From contig NC_042998.1 in NCBI RefSeq assembly GCF_006345805.1, positions 39,432,001 to 39,496,000 of the forward strand: 64,000 nucleotides of DNA. Direction: 5' to 3'. The notes beneath the pieces were generated by a model. It did not search any database and was not told the DNA's origin. It saw nothing but the letters and a program-made list of their open reading frames with translations. Positions 1-11,645 of the stretch are shown here, piece by piece. This DNA is from Octopus sinensis (lineage: Eukaryota). A program made the position numbers and the translations under genes. Position 1 is the first letter of the stretch. Every line of letters starts with the position of its first letter.

Positions 1-479
1 ATTCAGGTTCTCTCTCTCTCCGATGCACTCATCAATTCTGATGTGTCCCAAGGTTTTCTTGTATTCTCCTCTTGTATATTAACAGCCTTCTCACTGACAC
101 AATGCACTCACCCATGCAGATAATGTCATTTTTCCTTCACTGTTTCTGCACCAGACACCCCAAAAAGCATTCTCCAATGGACACATGGAAATTTGTCTCC
201 ATCAACAGTTTAAAGATAGTCTTCATCATTATCATCATTTAACACCCAGTTTTCCATGCTTGCATGGGTCAGACAGAATTTGTTGAGGCAGATTTTCAAC
301 TGCTAGATCCCTTCCTGCTCCTAACTCTTACCCCTTTCCAAGCAAGGTAATATTTCCCAGTGGCCAGACATGATTCTTACAGAAAACTGAAAATGAATAT
401 CATTGTTAGTATGACAGCAATGCTTGTTTACAATCATCACATGATGTCAGTACAAGGTACATACACACACACACACGCA

Positions 480-670
480 CATACATACATACATACATAG
501 ATTTTGTGTATGTGTATACACACATGCACACAATTTAAACTTTTTTAGTTTCCATCTACCAAATCCATTCACAAGATTGGCCAACCTAGGGCTGTAGTAG
601 AAGCCACTTGTCCCAAGACACAACATTGAACCTGAGATCCCATGGTTACAAAGCAAGCTCCTCTCACTGC
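480..670 (-). mobile_element. Degenerate tRNA-derived SINE fragment with internal (CA/TA) tract
   Basis: Reverse complement matches the SINE body at 29750-30150 (TTCCATCTACCAAATCCATTCACAAG...CACTTGTCCCAAG). Boundaries approximate. Confidence 0.6.
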
Positions 671-1689
671 ACAAATCAATGAAGAACTCTCAAAGTTGTA
701 ACAAATGCTTACAATTATTAATGATCTCTCTTGATTACCTTTCATTCATTAACATAATACAAACCAAAGTCCAACATACTTCATTCCTGAACAGTGGCTG
801 ACTCTACAAAGTTTGGTGATACCTACAAAAGAAGATTGCTCCCACATCTAAAACAATGCTGCTACTAAAGACACAAAGATCTTAGAACACCAAAAAGCCA
901 TCTAACTCATTAATAAGATACTTCATACTTTCATCTCTAACCCACATGTATGCTGATCTCCTCTGGAATGTCTTCTTAAGAGCAGATTTATGTCAACAAG
1001 TAACAACCAGTTGAACTGCTATCCACATAATATCGTCCATAGAAGAAGGGATACCCCAAAGAATGTCACATTTCAATGTCTGATTTCACCTGTACCACAG
1101 GGAACCTCACAGACAGCTGAGACTCCTTCCCAACACATTTCAAGAGAGCACCACTTATATATCCTCCCTGAGTTCCTCTCATATGCTGTTAACAATGTCC
1201 AGCAAGGAAAATAACTTCTCGTAGCACATCTCACCTTTTTCTACTATTGCTGCAACAACCTCTGCTTCTCTCAGCTCACTGATTTACATCCTACTTCAAC
1301 TTTACCCAACACAGGCACTTCTCTTCATCTCATCACCCATACTGACTTCTTTCCCACTGCTCGTACTAAACAATATGCCCTTCCTACTCCTCAAAATACC
1401 TACCCTCTGGCTTTACTCTCCTGTCCACACTTTCTCAGTAGACATCCATATACAGCTTTTGCTCTGCCGTACGAAGCTGACCAATGATGAGGGGCCTATG
1501 AGAGTCGTGGGCACATCTCTTTCCTACTGGCTAAGTTATAAAAAAGAAAACTTTTATAAAACAGTTGAAGCATATCTGCTTGTTCATTGAATATATTAAC
1601 ACCACCAGGTATATTCTACCCAAGTGCAAACACACCCCTACCCAACCCAATAAGCATCATCTAATCACATTGCAGGCTTATAAATACCC

Positions 1690-1865
1690 GTGCTGGTGCC
1701 ACATAAAAACACCCAGTACATACTCTGTAAAGTGGTTGGCATTAGGAAAGTCATCCAGCTGTAGAAACCATGCCTGAAAAACAATGGAACCTGGCACAGC
1801 TCTCCAGCCTTGCCAGCCCCTGTTAAACCATCCAAGATGGAAGATGGATGTTAAATGATGGTGAT
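1690..1865 (+). mobile_element. RTE-LINE 3'-end fragment (short tail element)
   Basis: GGTGCCACATAAAAACACCC...GTGGTTGGCATTAGGAA...ATGGAAGATGGATGTTAAATGATG, the same 3' end as the LINE at 22578-24586. Roughly 20 such copies occur in the window (e.g. 2290-2475+, 7040-7160+, 9320-9485+, 17365-17580-, 33895-34075+, 36500-36762+, 50435-50770-, 52620-52803+). Confidence 0.75.
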
Positions 1866-3689
1866 TGTTATTGTTTCTCAAGTTGTATAAACTGACTTAG
1901 TGACCAGGAACCCAGTTGCTTTCTAAATCTTTTCTGCTTAACCTCTCTCTCTCTCTTTCATTCACACCAAACTCATCACAGAGCCCTCAGCTTAATCCCT
2001 TGCAGCTCATCTACCCTCACTGATCATATTTCATAATTGTTCTGCATCAAACTTATAAGTCTTTTGCTTACAAGTTTCTCTTGGAAGACTGTTTTCCTTA
2101 CTTAGAGCCGTAGACAATCCACCGTTCCTTCCATTATTTATTATAAAGAGCAAGTTGTTGGATGGAAGTGTTGTAATATCAAGCAGCATCCTAAGCCCAG
2201 ATTAACAGATTAGCCGTCCACTTGTGTGAACTGATGTTATAAGCTGTTCTGCTGGTGAGAGAGAATCATTCAGACAATGTGTACCGGGTGTCATGTAAAA
2301 AGCACCCAGTACACTCCTCTGTGAAGTAGTTGGCCTTATGAAGGGCATCCAGTCATAGAAACCATGTTAAAACAGACAACTGGAGCCTGGTGCAACCCTC
2401 TATTCTACCAGTTCCTGTTAAACCATCCAACCCATGCCATCATGGAAAAGCAGATATTAAACGATGACGATGATGAGTGAAGAAATGCTGTGTGTTGATG
2501 GCAGTCAATAGAGTTAAGCCATGACAGGTGCTGGGAGAAGTAATTTGGTCTCTTGTGCTCTATTTAATCTCAGAACTCTGCACAACCATTAGAAAAAGAA
2601 TTCTGAAATGTCCCTTCATCTCCTCCATTTGGAAGTTTTGTAAAGCCCAGTATATTATTGCTATTTATTCTAGTTATCATAGTTTTATTAATCCACTAAC
2701 ATGCAGAGACAAATACTTAAAATCATCATCATCCACATTTAATGTCTGTTTTCCCTGCTGGTATGGGTTGGACAGTTCAACAAGAGCTGACAAGCTAAAG
2801 AGCTACACCATTCGTCTGTTTTTGCCTTCTATGGCTGAATGCCCTTCCTTGTACTTGTTACACCAGCACCAGTGGGGTCACCAAGTAGCTTGCAAGACAA
2901 AGCCCACTCGGCTGAGAGAGGAAACCAAGGGAAGTGGCTGTGTGCAAAGGGGTAGTTGTCTTATAATAATAATAGAGGGGACACTTGGCTACTCCAGGAG
3001 AAGAAGGGGAGAGAGAGAGAAATGGTGTTGGAGTTGTATTGGGGGGTTTTCTGCAAGGAACAGTGGCTGGAGTATAAGTAGTATAGAGGGGTTAGAGGGG
3101 GGGATGTTCCGTGTGAGTGAGGGGAGGTGTTTAGAGATAGCAAGTGATGGTGAGAGGAATTGGAATGGCTGGAGGGTGGGGGTCATGATAAATATGTGCG
3201 GGGATGGAGAGAGTGCAGATAGGCTTGTGCAGGAGAGTGGAGGGGCCTGCAGTGCAATGGGGAATGCTAGGAAGATGGGTTGTATGGGTGTTTTGATAGA
3301 ACAGATTGTATTGGGGGCATGGATATAAAGGACATGCCTGGATGACCACAATTTTACTTAGACATGTCTTCTCAAGCACAGCAAATGGCCAGAGATCTCG
3401 GTCCCCTCCTCTGACGATCATTTCTCTCCACTTTGTCCTACAACTTCCTGGATTTACTCCTTCCACAAGATCCCTCAACAATAAATGAATGTTACCATTC
3501 CTATTCTCTGGCAAATAAATCCACTCCTATTCAGAATCAAAAACGTTTCAAGATCACCTGAATTACTTTCATCCGGTCCTAGGTTGTTTTTTCTAATAAT
3601 ATCATTAATAGATCATAAAAACTTGTTAATTGATAAAATCACTGAATTCCTACACATTCTAACAGACAGTCAGGCAACTGCAAGAGAAG

Positions 3690-4110
3690 TCTTTTGTTAA
3701 GAATAAACCATTATACTTGTCATTTGTTGATCTGGAAAAGCCTTTGGTAGAGTATCCTGCTGTGTGGTATTGTGGGCTCTGAGGAAGCCAGGGGTAGACG
3801 AGTGGATTGTGAAAGCAGTACAGTCAGGTGAGAGCTAACCATGAGTTGCTGAGACCCCCTTCGGTCATGACTGACCATGGGATTGCACCCAGAAAGTTAC
3901 CCTCCCAGGCAAGGTTGTTTATGGAAAACCAGCAGTTGCCTATGCATACCAGCTTCCCCTCTCTATGCCACCGATGTTATCCAAGGGTAAGGCAAAGACC
4001 AATACTGCTATATGCTGATGATCTTGCTTTCATAACAGATTCTGCAACAGAACTAGAAAAGAAATTCCAGATGTGGAAACAAAACCTGGAATCAAAGGGT
4101 CAAACAGGAA
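3690..4110 (+). mobile_element. Decayed RTE RT fragment interrupted by a SINE-like insert (about 3846-3997)
   Basis: Frameshifted FVDLEKAF-like and LLYADDLA...ELEKKFQMWKQNLESKG motifs. The insert is homologous to 18826-18985. Confidence 0.65.
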
Positions 4111-4716
4111 AATTCTTTATAGAAAGTTTTCTTTAAAATGAGACAAAACATTGTTTCTCATGGGAAAAAATGATTTCCAGTTTTTGACTCTTGACTGTAA
4201 CATTATTTGAATTGCAATTTCATGTGGTTCAGGATTTTGCAATAGTTGCAGTATTGCATGGTTCTGGGTTCAATCCTACTGCATGGCACCTTGGACAAGT
4301 GTCTTCTGTTGCAGCCCCAGGCTGACTAAAACCTTATGAGTGGATTTGGTTGATGGAAACTCTGTGTGGCATTGGTTGAGGGTTGTGAGCGTCACTGTCA
4401 TACAAGCAGTTTCACTTGTTGCCAATATTCTGTGAAAAAAATTTCTGCCCATGGGAAAATATTAGCTTGCTTGTGAACAGGTGAGGGTAGTGTCAAGAAT
4501 GCGCATTTGACCATAGAAAATCTGCCTCAAATCTGACCCAGGCAAGCATGGAAAAGTGAGCACTAAATGAAGATTTACTACATGTTGACTGACACTGTAT
4601 TACCAATGTATTCAAGTTAATACTGTCCTGAAAAATGGAATTTTAGCACCCCCGCCCTCCAATTTTGTGTTTTGTTTTTTTTTTGTTTTTTGTTTTTTTT
4701 TTAATCCAATTCAAAG

Positions 4717-4849
4717 GGAATTATTTTGGTTTATGACATTACCAATTATATCAGCTTCGAGAACCTGGAAGATTGGTTGCTAACTATTAACAGATCCTGT
4801 CTGCACAGTGGGAAATCTCCATCACACTTGGCACTCGTTGGAAACAAAG
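4717..4849 (+). CDS. RAB28: Rab28 small GTPase, internal coding exon (GIILVYDITNYISFENLEDWLLTINRSCLHSGKSPSHLALVGNK)
   Basis: Long T-tract, AAG acceptor, GTAACT donor. 133 nt (phase 0 to 1). YDIT and SFENLEDW motifs plus the start of the G4 box (GNK-VD) are typical of Rab28. Earlier exons were not found in the window. Confidence 0.88.
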
Positions 4850-5989
4850 GTAACTATTGATCTTTGAGCATTTATGTTTGTTGTCATGGCAGTGGCGCTT
4901 ACCGTAATTTAATCACGCAAGGAAAGACATGGAGTTAGTTTAGTTGCCTCAGGAATTCAACTTGTACCATTGTTGCTGTTGGGCTCTAACGATTGACCCT
5001 CTCTTCTCGTGTCAAATTATTTAGCATGAAAATAATTAGTTGTTGTTAGAAAGAGTTTGTATCTTGAGGTCAATGGTTGCAGAGTCAATATTCCACGTTT
5101 GGCATTTCATTAGAAACTACATCAGGGTTTCGTTGCTTCCTCTCTTACTGGACAAAGTCTCTTTTCATCACCAATCAAGTGTAATTAATGTTGCCTTCCT
5201 TCACAGTTCACAGGGAACAACTTCTTTACAGCTGGGTTCCAAATTCAGGGCTCAGTAGTAGTGGTATAGGGGGGAGGGATGCGTTGCAACAGTGTGTCGC
5301 TTCATCCACCATTTGTTGGTGATTTCCTACCACTCCTGGCAGATGACACCTTTGCACCACCCAGGCAACAACCCTCCAACCCAGGGGCTCTGTTTGAGTA
5401 GTGGTCACTGGTGAGGGTTTCATGAGGTTGGGGTGCAAATCCCTCTTCAGCTTCTTTTAGTTAACATGCAGAGGAAACATTGGGTCTCTTCTCTGAATAT
5501 GAACAAAGGCAAGAGGAGGTGATCGATGACAGCAGAGGTTGCCCAGGGGAGGGAACAGGAGGGTAAGCAATGTATAAAAACATGAAGTTAGAGTATTTTG
5601 GGAGCAAACAGTCTGATGCAGTCACTTGTGAAGGAAGTAAAGATGATGCAATCAGCAGAGGTGATGGGGAAATAAAACACACGTCATCATCATCATCAAT
5701 GTTTTATGTCTGCTTTTTTTCCATGTCTTCACACACCAAACCACTGCCAGACATTTTTGTTTATGGAAAGCATAAACATAGCCACTGAAATTATGTCATC
5801 ATCGTTTAACGTCCGTTTTCCATGCTAGCATGGGTTGGACACAAATGCACACGTGTGTGTGTGTGTGAAACAGGCTTCTTTACAGTTTCATCTACTAATT
5901 CCAGTCATGACATGATAACAAAGCAAACTTCTCAACAACAGTCATGTTTGCTCCTCATACACACACACACACAAAGCCAATTACATGGG

Positions 5990-7160
5990 TTTATTTCTGA
6001 CAAGGTATCTATATACCTTGTCAGAAATAAACCCCTGTAATTGGCTTTTGTTGACATGGAAAAAGCTTCTGACAGTGTCTTCTGCTCCCTTATTTGGTGC
6101 TCAATGCGGAAACTAGGGATAGATGAGTGGTTGATGAGAGCTGTACACGCCATATACAGAGATGCTGTCAGTAAGGTAAAGATTAGCAATGAGTATAGTA
6201 AGAAATTCAGGGTACAAGTAGGGCGTTCACCAAGGATCAGTCTTCAGCCCCCTTCTTGTTCATCATAGCCTTCCAGGCAATAACAGAGGAATTTAAGTCA
6301 GGCTGCCTCTGGAAGCTTCTCCATGATGACCTTGCGCTTATAGCTGAATCACTTCCAGAACTAGAGAAGAAATTTTAGGAGTGGAAGCAAGGTCTAGAAT
6401 CAAAGGGCCTCAGAGTTAATCTTGCAAAAAACAAAGCCTTAGATAGTAGGAAAGCAGACAAATTACAAATCCCTTCAGGTAGATGACCCTGCTTGATTTG
6501 TAGAAATGGCTATGGACACATACAAGGTGCAGCAATATCAGAGAAAGGTTGACAGGGAAAATAGTCTGTGTGTGTGTGTGGCAGATGCACAGGGACAATA
6601 AACACTTGAACTGTACAGAAAATAGACTCCATCAACTGCCAGTGAAACATGAGCTGTGACCACTGAGGACATGCATAAGCTTAGAAATGAAGCTGGTATG
6701 CTTTGCTGGATGTGCAATGTCAGTGTGCATGTTCGGCAGTGTAAGCATCTTGAGAGAAAAGTTGGGCATAAGAGGCATCGGTTTTGGTGTACAAGAGAGA
6801 CGACTGCATTGGTATGGTTGTGTGATGCGTATGGACGAGGGCATCTGTGTAAAGAAGTGCCAATCTCTCAGTATGAAAGAGGTAGACCCAGGAAGATGTG
6901 GGACAAGGTGGTGAAGCATGATCTTTGAATGTTGGGCCTCATGGAAGTGATGACAAACAACTGAGACCTTTGGCAATATGCTGTGCTTCAGAAGTCAAGT
7001 GAAATCATGGCCAATACTAGTGTGGCATAACTGGCACCTGTGCCAGTGGCCGGTTAAAAGCACCCATTACACACCTGAAGTGGTTGGCATTAGGAAAGGC
7101 ATCCAACCATAGAAACCATACCAGCATGGAAAGCAGATGCTAAATAGTTATGATGATGAT
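5990..7160 (+). mobile_element. Decayed RTE-clade LINE (RT, PHD remnant, 3' tail)
   Basis: Broken frames give AFVDMEKA, MRKLGIDEWL, GVQERRLHWYG and RGRPRKMWDKVVKHDL, and end in a (GAT)n tail. Homologous to 22681-24015. Confidence 0.85.
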
Positions 7161-7991
7161 ATACTGAGTTACTCAAAATGTCCATTTCAGATTTTAAGCA
7201 AAAATAAGACAAGTTTTAAGCATAAAGCAGTTTATTCAATCATTGATATAATAACTGGTTTGCTCCAGTATTCTTGAAAACCACTTCTTGCGCACACATT
7301 CCATAACAACATCCTCTCCATAGACAACACACGTCTTCACCTGAGCTGTTGATAATGTTCATTTGGATTCCCCAAGCAGACAAAATAAAACCTGTCTCGT
7401 TACAAGTTTGTGTCAAACTACATTGAAATGTCGAGTATCTGACAAGTATGAATGCACAAGGAACAGATTGAGGTTGGCCACCACTTAGACTGCTTCAAGT
7501 TCAATGTCAACACAGTGTTTTTGCTGACCCCTATGTACAGGCATGGCTGTGTGGTTCAGCAGTTTGCTTCCGAACCACGTGGCTTGAGGTTCAGTCCCAC
7601 TGCATGACTCCTTAGGCAAATATCATCTCCTCGAGCCCTGAGCTCACCAAAGTTTACCCACTGCTCCTGCTTCTCTGCCATTCTCCACCCCTCCTGTCCC
7701 AAACTTTGCGCTGTCCCTTTTTCTCAGACTTCATTTGTCCAGAGGTACTTGCAAAGTCCTGGGAGAACTGCATCTGCTCCTCCCCTCCACATAACACAGC
7801 AGAAACAGACAAAACAAGAAATGAAAAAGGCAATCAGAGCAGAGCTGTAGAAATGATTGGGAAAGTTCAAGGCATAAGAGTGGCTGCTAAATTGCAAAAC
7901 CACTCAACCCGTACAAATAAGAACAGTCGTAGACTAATTCTGGCCGAACAACAACAGTTTTTCTATTCTGGTTTGCTGTTTGCTTTTTCAG

Positions 7992-8095
7992 TTGATCTCG
8001 AACATGTGAGAGCTGTCAGCGAAGAACGGCACGTCAAGTTTGCTGCAGACCATAATATGTCCAACCACTTTATTAGTGCAAAAACTGGTGAATGC
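7992..8095 (+). CDS. RAB28: Rab28 internal coding exon ((V)DLEHVRAVSEERHVKFAADHNMSNHFISAKTGEC)
   Basis: TTTTTCAG acceptor and GTAAGT donor, 104 nt. The phase joins the previous exon (G|TT = Val, completing NKVD). Contains the G5 box SAK and the DLEH motif characteristic of Rab28. Confidence 0.92.
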
Positions 8096-9689
8096 GTAAG
8101 TTCGTTTATACAATGTTAATGAATGTAAACAAAAGATTAATCATTGATCATACTAACTTAATTAAAGCAATTCATATTTTGTAAGACTTTCTGGCTACAT
8201 TGTATCATAACATCAATTTAATGAGTTTCCCCCGACTTGTTGCTAATTAATATTTCTAAAACCTCCTTCGATGTCTTTCTCTGAATTTTCTCCTTCAACT
8301 TCACAATCAGCCATTGAAACACAATTCTGAAAACATGTCAAAGCATATCTCATTCTCTGGATGGAGGATATGCTAAAACTTGCTTGATGTTACTTAACGT
8401 CTTTAGAAAGGCAACGACAATCTGAAGGTTGTTTGTTATCAGTTGCTTAACAATTGTTCTGGCTGAGACAGAAAATAACTGAAATATTCGTGTGACATAT
8501 TGTACAAACTTTTGGAATAGTTTTACGAGTCACAACAAGAGGTAAACATTTCGTTCAGATAAGAAAGAAAATTCCTACAAATGAATAAATGTTAAGTAAT
8601 AAGAATCTGTAAAAGATGTCATCTATTTGTTTATTGATAGTGATGGTGGGAAAGTTGGAGATTCTGTTCTTTTATATGTGGAAAGAGATATTTGGAATCA
8701 AATGGATGTCTTATAGAATTAATGTAACACACCAATTGCGAAGGGAGTGTGATTAAAGAGTGTAAGTGGTGAAAGGCCTGGGTATATATAGAGTTGGAGG
8801 GGCTACTGGATAGCAGTGATACAGAGGACAGGATTGAGGAGTGAGAGCTAGACATAGTGTAGGAAGGAGGAAATGCAAGAAAGATGTAGATTGGTTTGTT
8901 GGGGAAAAGTTTTCTTGTTGTGTGTGGAACACCCAGGTCAGTTGCTTGCAGATGGCAATAATAGAGTGTGACAAGGCATGTGGGTAGAAGGCACAGGTCG
9001 GGGGCAAGCAGAGAACAATTCAGTGGCACTGGGCCAAGAGGACAAGATTAGGGAGTGGGAGGTAATCATAGTACATGAAGCAGAAATGTGAGGAAGTAAA
9101 GGGATATAGACATAATTTGGTTTGTAGCAGTAGAGTGAGAAGATTTCAGTCTTTCTGATGGGTTTCCATTAACACAGTTTCATGCACTTGGGACTCACAG
9201 GCGGGGTGACAGGGGACCAAGACTTCTGGTGGTTTGCTGTGCTTGAAAAGACATGCCAAGCTAAGAAAAAGCATAGTTGCCCTTGCTTCTCCAGCTGAGC
9301 ATCCCTAATCTTGTGGGCTCATAAAAAGCATCCAGTCCACACTTTGTAAAGTGGTTGGCATCCCAGCCTTAAAAACCATGCCAAAGCGGATGACTGGAGC
9401 CTGGGCAGGCCTTCAGGTGGTCAGCTCCTGTTAAACCGTCCAACCCATGCCAGCATGGAAAACGGACATTAAACGATGATGATGAAGTTTGGAGTTTACC
9501 TGATGCCGTGCCCTGGGATGAAACCTATTGCTTCAGGATTGAGATGTGACCTATTTAAACAGGATGCCATTGTTGGATTGAAAATGGATCTAAACCAGCT
9601 AAAAACAAAAAAATGACAAGCAACATTAAAACAATATTAATATTGTACAATAGCAAAATGAAAGGAGAAAATGTATTTTAAATTAAAGC

Positions 9690-10030
9690 CAGCATGATTG
9701 TGTGGCAAGAATTTAGCTTGCCAGTCATTTGGTTCCTGGTTCAGTGCCACTGTGTGGCATTGTGGTCAGGTATCTTTTACCCCAGCCCAAACCTTGTGAA
9801 TGGATTTGGTAGCCAAAAACTGAAAGAAACCCTGTATGTGTCTTCATCCGTCCCTCACACAAACCACTTGTTAAGTGTTGGGTTGTTTATGTTCCTGTAA
9901 CTTAGTGGTTCAGCAAAAAGAGACTGATTGAATAAGCACCAAGCTTAGATAAGAAAAACAAGCCCTGGAGTTGACACCTTTCAAGGCAGTACTGCAGCAT
10001 GGCCACAGTCTAAAGACTGAAACAAATGAA
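9690..10030 (+). mobile_element. tRNA-derived SINE, degenerate
   Basis: Collinear with the 29750-30150 SINE: head GTGTGG...GGTTCAGTGCC, body GTGAATGGATTTGGTAG, tail CAGCATGGCCACAGTC...GACTGAAAC. Confidence 0.7.
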
Positions 10031-10198
10031 AGCGATTTGCTATGGGTTCATTCTTTACTTTTTTTAACTCCCTGCAAAAAGTCAAGTTTTGTTGTCTGTT
10101 TTAGAGAATATCCATTTCCAATGATTCTATTCAAGAAAGAAGTCATATTTCAGTTGGATTTCTCTTCTTTTTTTTTTTCTTCTCTTTTATCCTTTCAG

Positions 10199-10369
10199 AT
10201 GTCTGTCTGCTTCCAACGTGTTGCTGCTGAGTTGGTCGGCTTAAAGTTAACGACTGCTGAGAAAGAACAACAGCAACAGGTTGTCACTGCAAACATTGAA
10301 TGTGAACCCTGTCCGAAAGTCGCTTCAGTTCAAAACTCTCCTCGCAGCCCAATTTGCTCGTTACAATAA
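10199..10369 (+). CDS. RAB28: Rab28 terminal coding exon (MSVCFQRVAAELVGLKLTTAEKEQQQQVVTANIECEPCPKVASVQNSPRSPICSLQ*)
   Basis: Strong pyrimidine tract and CAG acceptor, phase 0. CFQRVAAE..G.KL..AE.EQ matches the Rab28 C-terminal helix. Ends in a single CaaX (CSLQ), a Rab28 hallmark. Confidence 0.92.
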   Translation: MSVCFQRVAAELVGLKLTTAEKEQQQQVVTANIECEPCPKVASVQNSPRSPICSLQ

Positions 10370-10990
10370 AACCAGTTCCAGAGGAATTTTGAAAAAAATT
10401 TAAATAATTTTAGCTTAAACCAAAAATATTTTTCATCATAACAAATTCCAATATTAAAAAGAAATTTCCTTTCTTTGTAATTTGTCTTCTTAAATTATTT
10501 TTTTGCCATTTAACTGAGATATTATTTCAGGTCATCATCACCATTAAATGGCAACATGGATTAGACCAGTGGTTCCCGACCAATTTTTGACCATGCCCCC
10601 ATCGAATCAGTTCTAAAATCCTGATGACCCCCCCCCCCCCTGTGATATTTAATTTTTGTTATTCAAAATTTGGTTAATGTTTACAATATTACCTGGAAAC
10701 AAAAAAAAAATGCACAGAAAGCAACAGTGGGGAGTTCGGAAATTCACAAGATCCATGTTTTTTTTAAAATGATATTTTATATAAATACTTTTCAACCAGC
10801 ATAGATTACAATTATAAAGAAATTTGGGGGGAAATCTTTACCAGGGTGTGGGGAGAGGACTTCAGAAAATTCACAAGATCTGAGTTTTTTGCCCATAACT
10901 TGGTGACAGGTTTTATTGTGGATAGTAAGGTATAAATCCAAATTTTAAATATCCCTCTGAATATTAAACTTTTTAGCAAAAGTTAAATTA

Positions 10991-11564
10991 TTTTATTGTA
11001 TGTCCATCCTGCTTAGCAAGTTGGTGAGCTGCCAGAAATGTTAGCACACCAGGTGAAATGCTCAGTGGTATTTTGTGCCCCACCATGTGTAGGGTTATGC
11101 TTAATTTTTATACCTTTTGTACACAATGTTTTAAGTAAGTATACCAATAGAGAAAGGGGGCAAAAAAAATCTTAAGATCTGATGTCACTGAAGTGGAATT
11201 TAAATAGTTAAAACAAAAACAATCTTTACAGCCCTTCTCTGGACAATTTTATCAAATTTTGGACACTTCAGAGACAGACATCAGATTGTTCTCATTTATT
11301 CACATCTTTCCTTAAGATCTGATGTCACTAAATTGGAAATAGAGCTTGGCTTTTTTTTTTTTTTTAACTATTAAAATTCCACTTTAGTGACATCAGATCT
11401 TAAGGATAAGCTGTGAACAAGATGAGAAAATCTGATGTCTCTAAAGTGTCCAAAATTTGATCAAATTGTCCACAGAAGGGCTGTAAAGATTTTTTTTTTT
11501 TTTGCCTGACATGCTAACATTGCCAACTTGCTAAGCAGGATATTATGATGGAAATACAATAAAA
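10991..11564. repeat. Nested fold-back inverted repeat
   Basis: Inner arms 11221-11340 / about 11376-11492. Outer arms 10991-11053 / 11505-11564, including a perfect 19-bp match 11006-11024 / 11523-11541. An extra arm 11171-11212 pairs with 11361-11404. Confidence 0.9.
11558..11563 (+). terminator. Candidate Rab28 polyadenylation signal AATAAA
   Basis: Hexamer followed by U/GU-rich sequence, 1.2 kb after the stop codon. Hexamers are common in AT-rich DNA, so support is weak. Confidence 0.3.
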
Positions 11565-11624
11565 CTCTTTCTATTGTATCATCATTCTGTTGACCAAGAA
11601 GAAACTGACATACAGTTGAGATAT

Positions 11625-11645
11625 TTTATTAAGAAAAAGTTTATT
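11625..11645 (-). terminator. Candidate distal PERK polyadenylation signals (two AATAAA)
   Basis: TTTATT at 11625-11630 and 11640-11645 on the + strand. Use would imply a 3'UTR of about 4.9 kb. More proximal hexamers also exist (e.g. 16299-16304). Confidence 0.3.

Noticed and set aside
990-1300. Sequence homologous to 53170-53390, possibly a Penelope-like remnant (also purine-rich tracts at 8700-9130 and 44380-45090)
   Set aside because: The two-copy similarity is visible but too decayed to assign a family without a search.
2528-3514. 266-aa ORF and overlapping antisense ORFs
   Set aside because: They cross decayed repeats and a purine-rich tract, with no recognisable domain or splice logic.
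10567-10640. hAT-like left end CAGTGGTTCCC
   Set aside because: No matching right end or second TSD was found nearby.
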